Shown piece by piece: positions 41,101 to 48,570 of a DNA stretch of 64,000 bases. Every line of letters begins with the position of its first letter. Within the stretch, counting starts at the first letter, position 1. The notes under the pieces were generated by a model. It ran no database searches, had not been told where the DNA came from, and saw only the letters and a list, made by a program, of their open reading frames with translations. A program made the translations under genes and the position numbers. Source of the DNA: a virus (Duplodnaviria > Caudoviricetes); the IMG/VR virus record IMGVR_UViG_3300012662_000198, positions 19,154-83,153 of that record, one strand, 5' to 3'.

Positions 41101-41461
41101 CGACGTATCACTCCGTTATGCGGACGGCAAAGTCAGGGAGGCTATCGCACTTGGTAATGCGACTTGCGTGGCACGACTCACCCTTAATGATGAAATCAAG
41201 TTGACTTCGGAACTCATGGAGGATATGTGCCCTGAGTACGCTCACATGTTCCATACGGATTCCGGTGTTGAACGACGATTCATCGTGGCCGGTTTCCCCT
41301 CCCCTACCCAGTTCAGACTAGTTCCCTCAGTCATATCAAGCGAGGGAATACCAAAGCTCGCAGAACATGGATTTAACATTCCAACTTCGGTGCAGTCAAT
41401 GCTGGTGCTTCACAAGTTCCGTCCTGCGGTAGGTAAAACGGGACAAGTCCTAGAGGACTAA
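38135..41461 (+). CDS. cas9: Type II-C Cas9 (actinobacterial)
   Basis: RuvC-I VGADVG, Arg-rich bridge helix, RuvC-II NIE, HNH ELDHIVPR..N...CN, RuvC-III RRHHAVDA. Confidence 0.97.
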   Translation: MTAKTNIRYRVGADVGLNSLGFSAIQLDANGNPTALLKTLSYIHDGGVDPTQNKSGTTRKAMAGIARRTRNMRKRRRHRLNQLDRQLYQLGYPVDGVPDCEQDLYEDWNTRSALATTYISDKDRRDRMIVMAVRHIARHRGWRNSYSRVETLFEDVEPSDQYKDLKQRVETRLGMKLDDDMTPAQLVALTLSERNGKLVRLRTSTKYGEGILPNRLMQSDNARELRRIFTVQQVPEEVWKPILRTVFHCASPKGSAEKRVGTDPLDQTQKRALKASLAFQKYRILNIITNLRIRRKGEASRPLTVSEKQDVYELLTTAKEDLEWLDVCAILGIERNELKGVGTLTHDGEERIGNKPPVLDTVIRIHGIKNTKLRKMMDIWWNAATEDEQSAMVRLLSNTVDLDKVRDLIEYASPIEFIDGLDEDLLTPLDSISLPVGRAAYSEKTLDRLSKRMLETEDDLHYAIRHEFDVPADWKPPVPPVQEPTGNPAVDRVLKAFNRFLSQCEQQWGTPESVNIETTKESFSSIAFGRTLDFERRKRRDKDNQVRAAIREDMRKQLSNGGSLKVHDYDVRRWEIVQSQNNTCLYCGATSPRFSFDKSELDHIVPRRGVGSDSKRTNMAAVCPECNANKSNIPFAVWVGSEYAKQHGITMEAVTARVNQLMFPQSMTRKQVGQVKKTIISRLKQTERDEPLDNRSIESVGWMADELHRRLDGRYASKDVDVNTFPGSITYEARRASGIDGRIHFIGAQYKTRLDRRHHAVDASVIAMMNQNTALRLAERHYLRESQRLCGTPFGQTDWKQYPNENTPGYVRYRQWIEQMKSLLHLLNKALDEDTIPVVRSRRLRLGNSTAHDATVKPLQYARLGDALSPTLIDHAITPQVWKALTRLPDYNPQTGLPANPNRVITALGEVCHAKDEIGFLPGNNAQLYVNGGAADIGGTIHHARIYRCEQVLKNGKRKTFYGMVRVFQCDLMKRKKNTDLFRTPLYPADVSLRYADGKVREAIALGNATCVARLTLNDEIKLTSELMEDMCPEYAHMFHTDSGVERRFIVAGFPSPTQFRLVPSVISSEGIPKLAEHGFNIPTSVQSMLVLHKFRPAVGKTGQVLED

Positions 41462-41470
41462 TTACCGATA

Positions 41471-41510
41471 AGCCTGCTGACAACATAAGGTTGTCAGCAG
41501 GCTCTTTTTG
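41471..41510 (+). terminator. Strong terminator between cas9 and cas1
   Basis: 14-bp perfect stem agcctgctgacaac/gttgtcagcaggct followed by ctttttg. Confidence 0.75.
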
Positions 41511-41526
41511 TATTAGGAAGGTTGAT

Positions 41527-42432
41527 ATGACAAAAGGATGGCGAGTTATCGACTGTACTGCCATGACCGGCAAACTCACATACAAGCGCGGTCAAGTCGT
41601 AGTGGAACATCACGATTTGGAAACACGTATACCCCTAGCAGACACAGCCGTCCTGCTTCTGGGAGTCCAGACAACGGTATCAACCGCACTACTACAACAG
41701 TTGGCCGTTTTCGATGTGGAAGTACTCATCTGCCAGTGGAACGAAATCACAATATCCGCATTGCAACCATGGAACAAACCAAACACCCGTTCCGCCGCAC
41801 GACAAACCGCCCAACAGGACATGAGCATTCCCGCGAGAAAAGCAGCATGGAAGCGGATAATACAGGCGAAGATTACAGGGCAATCGCACGTACTCGACAA
41901 ACTCGACTTGGACGGAGGGGAACTCTTAAGAAGTCTCGCCGTCCAAGTCCACTCCGGCGACCCGAACAACATTGAAGGACAGGCGGCACGCGAATACTGG
42001 CATCGCATGTTTTCCGAAGAACAATTCCGCCGATTCCCCGGATATGGCGAGGGGCGCAACGCTCAACTCGATTATGCGTACACGATACTGCGTGGATTCC
42101 TGATTAAGTCCATCTGCGCGGCGGGACTCTCCCCCACCATCGGCATACACCATCATTCAGCCAGTAATTATTTTTGTCTGGCAGACGATTTGATAGAGCC
42201 ATTCCGTCCGGCCATCGACTATGGGATAAGCCAACTGCCGGACGAACCGTTGACCCCGGAAATGAAACAGCAGATAGTGCTCGTCGTCAACAGCCAATTC
42301 AACCCGAAAGGACTGACCATCCCCTCGCTTGTGGACGAGTTCTGCGGGCAATACGCGCAATACTGCGAAGGCTGGTTGGACAAACTTCCCGTTCCAGTCT
42401 TCGGGAAAGGTGAGAAAAATGGAAAGAGATAA
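41527..42432 (+). CDS. cas1: Cas1
   Basis: SGDPNNIEGQAAREYW, RNAQLDYAYTILR, GIHH, CLADDLIEPFRP. Confidence 0.97.
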   Translation: MTKGWRVIDCTAMTGKLTYKRGQVVVEHHDLETRIPLADTAVLLLGVQTTVSTALLQQLAVFDVEVLICQWNEITISALQPWNKPNTRSAARQTAQQDMSIPARKAAWKRIIQAKITGQSHVLDKLDLDGGELLRSLAVQVHSGDPNNIEGQAAREYWHRMFSEEQFRRFPGYGEGRNAQLDYAYTILRGFLIKSICAAGLSPTIGIHHHSASNYFCLADDLIEPFRPAIDYGISQLPDEPLTPEMKQQIVLVVNSQFNPKGLTIPSLVDEFCGQYAQYCEGWLDKLPVPVFGKGEKNGKR

Positions 42433-42760
42433 GGATAACGGCATGTGGACGCTGGTTATGTACGACCTACCCATTGCAACGAGAGAGGACGCTGGAGCCG
42501 CGAACAGATTCAACCACTTGTTGGCTGATTTAGGGTTCGTCCGTGTACAGTACTCGGTCTACGCGAGATACACTCCCACCCAATCAGGTGGCAGGTCTGC
42601 CCTTAACTACATCAGGGCTGGCCTACCGCCTCACGGGAACGTGAGAGTGCTTTGCGTAACGGACATTCAATGGGCTAATTCTTTAAAATTCATCGACAAA
42701 AAACAGCAGAAGACGGACGAACAGCCGGGTCTGTTGACTCTTTTCGACAACGACGAATAG
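42419..42760 (+). CDS. cas2: Cas2
   Basis: MWTLVMYDLP...LADLGFVRVQYSVYAR. Confidence 0.95.
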   Translation: MERDKDNGMWTLVMYDLPIATREDAGAANRFNHLLADLGFVRVQYSVYARYTPTQSGGRSALNYIRAGLPPHGNVRVLCVTDIQWANSLKFIDKKQQKTDEQPGLLTLFDNDE

Positions 42761-42798
42761 CAAAAAACGTTGATATGAAGCAGTTTTCAGCTTCCTAC

Positions 42799-44694
42799 AG
42801 TAGAAGGAAGTAATAATACGGCAGTCTTCCAATCCTACGCCGACTTTGCCCCCATTGCAGTCAAGTAGAAGGAAGTAATAATACGGCAGTCTTCCAATCA
42901 AGGCTTCAAAACGACTTTCGTTACCGAAGTAGAAGGAAGTAATAATACGGCAGTCTTCCAATCGTCGCTCGCATGGATACTAACTGGCCTAAGTAGAAGG
43001 AAGTAATAATACGGCAGTCTTCCAATCCTGCACGACAATTCCGTCGTCGCATCTTTAGTAGAAGGAAGTAATAATACGGCAGTCTTCCAATCCGGCAACC
43101 TCTGTAGCTGTAGTAAAAAAAGTAGAAGGAAGTAATAATACGGCAGTCTTCCAATCCGTACGCTCAGGCGGCTGAAACGCCGTCAGTAGAAGGAAGTAAT
43201 AATACGGCAGTCTTCCAATCACACATCGCCGACGACCTTGCAACTGCTAGTAGAAGGAAGTAATAATACGGCAGTCTTCCAATCAACTGGCACAACCAGC
43301 CAGAATCGTTGGAGTAGAAGGAAGTAATAATACGGCAGTCTTCCAATCAACTACGCCACAGACGGCAGTGAACTAGAGTAGAAGGAAGTAATAATACGGC
43401 AGTCTTCCAATCGCACTCCTTTTATGCCACGGTCGGGGTGAGTAGAAGGAAGTAATAATACGGCAGTCTTCCAATCGGTCGAACTGGGCATGTACGGCGA
43501 GGTGAGTAGAAGGAAGTAATAATACGGCAGTCTTCCAATCAAAGTGGCACAACCAGCCAGAATCGTTGGAGTAGAAGGAAGTAATAATACGGCAGTCTTC
43601 CAATCCTTACTCCAAGGTGCTTGGCCATTTCGGAGTAGAAGGAAGTAATAATACGGCAGTCTTCCAATCAAATAGAAGAGGAGATGCAGCAATGAAAAGT
43701 AGAAGGAAGTAATAATACGGCAGTCTTCCAATCAGGTCACTGTCTTTCCATCCCAGTCGGCAGTAGAAGGAAGTAATAATACGGCAGTCTTCCAATCCCT
43801 ACGTTCACCATCCGAAATGGGTAGAAGTAGAAGGAAGTAATAATACGGCAGTCTTCCAATCTCGGGAGCTAGTGCCCTACACCCGTTCCAGTAGAAGGAA
43901 GTAATAATACGGCAGTCTTCCAATCCCTGCCTACTCTGGGAGAAGGGTGGAGAAGTAGAAGGAAGTAATAATACGGCAGTCTTCCAATCAGATGCGGTTC
44001 AGGGCGTTGTCGGCTTCAGTAGAAGGAAGTAATAATACGGCAGTCTTCCAATCACGTTGCGCGGAGGGTATGGAAGTGCAGGAGTAGAAGGAAGTAATAA
44101 TACGGCAGTCTTCCAATCACGAATCCTAATTGGACGGCGCAGGCTAAGTAGAAGGAAGTAATAATACGGCAGTCTTCCAATCTCGTAGATACGGCTACCG
44201 CGTATGCGAAAGTAGAAGGAAGTAATAATACGGCAGTCTTCCAATCTCCTGCTTGAATCCGTCAGCACTGTAGGAGTAGAAGGAAGTAATAATACGGCAG
44301 TCTTCCAATCTAACGTTTCGCCATTTTCTGGTTTTCAGAGTAGAAGGAAGTAATAATACGGCAGTCTTCCAATCGATACCCGACGTTTGCGCGTACGAGA
44401 GCAGTAGAAGGAAGTAATAATACGGCAGTCTTCCAATCTTAACTCTACGTGCGGACGCTGGTCGGGAGTAGAAGGAAGTAATAATACGGCAGTCTTCCAA
44501 TCCAGTATTCCAGAAGGAACGTGGCGAGAAAGTAGAAGGAAGTAATAATACGGCAGTCTTCCAATCTGCTCCGCCGACTGTCCGACCGTCCACGGGTAAG
44601 AGGAAGTATAAATACGGCAGTCTTCCAATCTATAGCCGGTTTCCCTTTTACCGTCTTCGGTAAGAGGAAGTATAAATACGGCAGTCTTCCAATC
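42799..44694 (-). CRISPR. Type II-C array: 30 repeats of 36 bp and 29 spacers of 28-29 bp
   Basis: Plus-strand repeat agtagaaggaagtaataatacggcagtcttccaatc x28 plus 2 variant repeats at 44595 and 44659; crRNA strand is minus, judged from tracrRNA pairing. Confidence 0.98.
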
Positions 44695-45009
44695 CCAATA
44701 AAGGATAAGCCGGTGTTTCGCCACTCCCACCGGCGAGGAGCTGTTCACACAAAGATGCGAGGTAAGGAGAGGGCCATGAGAAGTTGCCCATAAACCCCGC
44801 TTTTTGTTTGGCGTTTGACATGGCTTGGTTTTTTCCCATCAGTGAGCTTATGTCGTGAACACTGGCAGGTATGCGTGAGTACAGGGTGCAAGGCATACTG
44901 GCTTGCTGACAATCCATCATGGATTTCCGGATTGTCGTCCATCGCGCATGTGAGAGTCATGCCATGGATTGTCCCACTGGCTTCGGGGTATGAGAAGTGT
45001 GGGACTTTG

Positions 45010-45116
45010 TGCGGAAGGCGAGATTCGAACTCGCAATATTTGCTTGCAAGATAAAGCAGAAAGAAGAATCAATACGGCAAATATTTCCATCGTGATAATC
45101 TTTTCACTACTTCCGC
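45010..45116 (-). ncRNA. tRNA-like RNA with an expanded central arm
   Basis: Acceptor GCGGAAG/CTTCCGC, D-stem GTGA/TCAC and T-arm GCGAG-TTCGAAT-CTCGC; 56 nt between the D and T arms. Confidence 0.6.
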
Positions 45117-45229
45117 GGGGGCGGGATAGTTTTGGCTTTCAGGTAGGTAAGCACCACGTACACAATATAAGGTTTTACGACCACTCCATTTTTGGAATGG
45201 AAGACCGTCCAGCCAAAACTTATCCCTAG

Positions 45230-45316
45230 CGGAGCCGGAGGGATTCGAACCCTCGAACCGTGTAAACGGTCAGCACCTTAGCAGGGTGCCCCTATCGGCC
45301 ACTCAGGCACGACTCC
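45230..45316 (-). tRNA. tRNA-Ser(GCT)
   Basis: Class II cloverleaf; anticodon arm gcacc-ctGCTaa-ggtgc. Confidence 0.95.
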
Positions 45317-45355
45317 AAAGTTTCGACCCGCTCAAGAAAGCCGGTCGAAACCAAG

Positions 45356-45426
45356 CTCCCCATGATGGACTCGAACCACCTCTAAAGGTTCCAAAGACCC
45401 GTGTGCTGCCATTACACTAATGGGGA
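45356..45426 (-). tRNA. tRNA-Gln(TTG)
   Basis: TCCCCAT/ATGGGGA acceptor; loop ctTTGga. Confidence 0.9.
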
Positions 45427-45455
45427 ATGCGCAGACCAGTATGGTCTGCTTTGAC

Positions 45456-46301
45456 TTACTTGGATTCGGAAATCAGCTTGTCGATATTAGCGCCCAACTG
45501 CCTTAACTGGGCGAGAGAGTTGGCGACGTTGCGTTGCGCCGTTTCCTCCATCTGCTGAGCGTCTGCCATCAGTTTCCTGCTGTTGGAATCCAATTCGGCG
45601 GCATGCTGTTCGGCCTGTTTGGTTCGGAGGTCGATTTCCTGTGACGCCTTGTCCAACCGGTTGACTGCTTCCGCTTCCGCCTTGCTGATAATCTGTTCGG
45701 CTTGCTTTTTGGCTGTGTCCAACTGGGTGGCAACCTTACTGTCGGTTTCCTTTTTCAGTTTGGCGCATTCCTGTTCAAGCTTCTGCTTCTTATCCTGTGC
45801 GGCGGCCATCATCTGTCTGGTGGTTTCCGTCGCGGAGTCGATTCGCTTCTGGGATTCATCCTTGGCCTGTTGGAGAATCTGTTCGGCTTGCGTGCGGGCA
45901 TGTTCCAGCTCCTCACGTTTCTTCGACTCGTAAGTGTTTTTCAACGTTTGGAATTCTTTGCCAAGACTGGTGCCTAATTCCTGCATCGGGTTTTCCGACG
46001 CTTGACGGGCTTCCTGCAAATCGGATTCCAGCCGGTCAATCTGCTGGCGGAGAGAGTCAGCTTCCTGCTCCCGTTTGCCGAGTTCGGATTGGCGACTGTC
46101 CAAGACCATGCTTTTTTCCGTCAACTGGCGTTGTAGATTCCAAATCTGTGTTTCCAACCCGTTCACGTACTGTTCGACGGCATCTTTACGATAACCGTTG
46201 AATCCAGTGGGTAGGTTGAGTGGTTGAATCTGCGGTTGGGCCATTCCGTCCACGGTGAGAGCGTGGGATGAAATGACTCGTGTTTCGTCGGGCATGGTCA
46301 T
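45456..46301 (-). CDS. DivIVA-domain coiled-coil protein
   Basis: N-terminal LPTGFNGYRKDAVEQYV (DivIVA GY...V motif) followed by a long coiled coil. Confidence 0.7.
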   Translation of the reverse strand: MTMPDETRVISSHALTVDGMAQPQIQPLNLPTGFNGYRKDAVEQYVNGLETQIWNLQRQLTEKSMVLDSRQSELGKREQEADSLRQQIDRLESDLQEARQASENPMQELGTSLGKEFQTLKNTYESKKREELEHARTQAEQILQQAKDESQKRIDSATETTRQMMAAAQDKKQKLEQECAKLKKETDSKVATQLDTAKKQAEQIISKAEAEAVNRLDKASQEIDLRTKQAEQHAAELDSNSRKLMADAQQMEETAQRNVANSLAQLRQLGANIDKLISESK

Positions 46302-46338
46302 GGTGGATTCCTTCTTTTTTTTGGTTGAAAAACACGAG

Positions 46339-46410
46339 AGCGGGCGACGGGAGTCGAACCCGCGTCAACAGTTTGGAAGACTGTGGCACTAGCCGTTATG
46401 CTACGTCCGC
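46339..46410 (-). tRNA. tRNA-Gly(TCC)
   Basis: acagt-ctTCCaa-actgt; discriminator U. Confidence 0.95.
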
Positions 46411-46530
46411 GAAAAACGAATGGGGATGGGTGTAAACATAGAAAGAACAACAACAGCTTCATCTGTCCCCATTCGTTCCCGTCACTGGGTGACGTGATGG
46501 AGGCCACGCCTGATAGCGGAAGTCTCCAAG

Positions 46531-46604
46531 TGCCCATGGTTGGAATTGAACCAACGACACCCGGTTTAGGAAACCGGTGCTCTGTTCCACTGAGCTACAA
46601 GGGC
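46531..46604 (-). tRNA. tRNA-Arg(CCT)
   Basis: ccggt-ttCCTaa-accgg. Confidence 0.95.
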
Positions 46605-46884
46605 GATTGGTGCCGCCGGGACGGGGAAGCCCCGTCCTGCGCACACCCGCGTCCGGCGCTGTAGTTTACGTCCAAGTCCGAAATATGAATGACGCGGCAT
46701 GGCGGATTGGATTTTACCGCCAACGGCAAGGTCGTGGGCTGTTTAGTACCCCGTTTCACCGTACCTCCCCTTCGGTTATCAGCCGCCTGATGAGGGCAGG
46801 GAGTCTCTTATCCTCCACGAGACCATGCAGGATTATTCGAGCAATGCCATCGGTTTCTTAGACAGCTACCTCTAAGAAACCTAG

Positions 46885-46957
46885 TGCCCCCCGTGGGATT
46901 CGAACCCACAACCCAAGGTTTAAAAGACCCTTGCTCTAACCGTTGAGCTAGAGGGGC
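46885..46957 (-). tRNA. tRNA-Lys(TTT)
   Basis: agggt-ctTTTaa-acctt. Confidence 0.95.
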
Positions 46958-47031
46958 GAACATGGGATGGAACAACAGAAGGCAAAACCATCCCATGCCT
47001 AGTGAATGTTAAAGGAGAACCATATGGTTCG

Positions 47032-47114
47032 TGCTCCGGGAGGGATTCGAACCCTCACGTCCGTTAGGACAGTCGCTTTTGAGGCGACCGCGTATACCAT
47101 TCCGCCACCAGAGC
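47032..47114 (-). tRNA. tRNA-Leu(CAA)
   Basis: gtcgc-ctCAAaa-gcgac; long variable arm. Confidence 0.95.
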
Positions 47115-47345
47115 AGTAGCACGATTAAGGTACGTGCTTTTATTTGTTCAATGACCGTCGGCTTTCATACCAACCCTCCCCGCTTGCAAGCCGACAAAAG
47201 CCGGGGATTGGAGGAAACTGATTTTTTGTTTGCAAAGTTTATCCTTTAAGTTTGTAGAGTCTGTCTTGCAGGGTCGCTCGGCACACACATCAGTTTCCTC
47301 AATAAACTGTGACAACCATTTCGAAAAAGAACGCCTGTCACATCG

Positions 47346-47711
47346 TGGAGCCGGAGGGAATCGAACCCTCGTCTTTAAAAGCGTTGACAATGGTTTCTAC
47401 ATGCTTAGCCATCTTATAGAGATAAAAGTTCCGGTTGAAGAGGCTCTTTTCGGAACAGTTTTGCAACTTGATTTTCAGTTCGGCGAACAGTTGCCGTTCG
47501 ACGAACTTTTGCTGTTATTTTTTTATTGGAACCACTTTTACAGTAGTTAGTGAATCCATTCTTCCATCAAATCGTTTCAGGCGACGAGCTGGAAGTTGCG
47601 CGAAGAATTAGTCTTGGCGTTTGTTTGTTGGCAAGGATTGATAACGGTTGCCCTTGCCAGCCTCCGGCATGCTTGCAGTGTCTAGTTTTCAAATCGAAAC
47701 CTGTCGGCCCC
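47346..47711 (-). ncRNA. ssrA: tmRNA
   Basis: 5' GGGGCCGACAGGTTTCGA; 3' T-arm GAGGG-TTCGATT-CCCTC and G3-U70 acceptor CGGCTCC-A; tag frame gcc aag act...gtc gcc tga. Confidence 0.93.
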
Positions 47712-48147
47712 AAAATGCCGTCTTCCTTCCGGTTTTCCGTCCGAGCTTCCCATAGGTGTGGTTCAGAACCAATAGAATGGTTGGCTGGGATTTCCAGCCG
47801 GAAGGTTGACAGCGGTTTTGCCTGTCATGGTTTTCCTCAAGCGTTTTCATGCTTTTCCTCGTGTGTTTGAGTGAACAGGTGAGGATAGGTGTGATAGTTC
47901 TTGAAGATTCAACCATGATGGGCAAGTCTTCATATCGAACATGATTTGATGGGCTTTAAGTCCTATCGAATCATGTTTCCTTATCTCTATTCATTTTTCA
48001 ATCATGCGGCAACATTCAGGGAGTGTTCCCTACTGGGGAGGGTCTTTACCCCGGTTGCCTTGGTGACTGTCCCAGTAGTGAACTGGATATGAGAAGCAGT
48101 CTTCTAACAGTCTGTTCGCACGTGATGTTTTTATTGAACCTCGTTTG

Positions 48148-48188
48148 TGTGAACACTGCCAGTATAGCAGTTCTAGGAAACATGTCAA
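48148..48188 (-). promoter_or_regulatory. Plasmid promoter-family motif heading the tmRNA/tRNA cluster
   Basis: TTGACA-16 bp-(TGc)TATACTGGCAGTGTTCACA. Confidence 0.75.
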
Positions 48189-48297
48189 ATCAAAAATAAA
48201 AAACAAGGTTTTCCAAGGCGTGTCGCATATAACCAACCTTCCCCAACAGCATTGAACACTTGGACAGAAACGTCGCCCACAAGCTACACTCCCCTAC

Positions 48298-48570
48298 ATG
48301 CAGTCCAAGCAGATACGAGAAGACGTCACAGTCGCATATATAGAAGACCAGCTCAAATCGGAAGACCCCATGCTCATCCAGTCGGCCACGGGAAACCTAG
48401 CCAGACTGTACGGGATGACGACATTATCCCAATTGACGGGATTAGCCAGACCATCCCTCTACCGGAGTCTATGCGAGCAAGGGAACCCGTCCTTCCAAAC
48501 CATGTGCCGCGTGTTGGACGCGATGGGATACACGGTGTCAATACGACGCAAGGAGACCTCCGATGAGTGA
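48298..48570 (+). CDS. HTH protein of the addiction-module antidote (HI1420) type
   Basis: GMTTLSQLTGLARPSLYRSL...GNPSFQTMCRVLDAMG; overlaps the repA start. Confidence 0.8.
   Translation: MQSKQIREDVTVAYIEDQLKSEDPMLIQSATGNLARLYGMTTLSQLTGLARPSLYRSLCEQGNPSFQTMCRVLDAMGYTVSIRRKETSDE

Noticed and set aside
41464-41490. CCGATAA resembling an XerC arm
   Set aside because: Not followed by TTATG at 6 bp; it runs into the terminator stem.
42835-44658. Self-targeting spacers
   Set aside because: None spotted by eye within the window; not an exhaustive search.
42683-44748. ORFs spanning the CRISPR array
   Set aside because: Translations of the repeats (LEDCRIITSFY etc.).
45130-45220. Possible tRNA-Trp-like hairpin
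   Set aside because: No T-arm or coherent cloverleaf.
46786-46800. CTGATGAG hammerhead-like core
   Set aside because: No GAAA or stem III/cleavage triplet in the required position.
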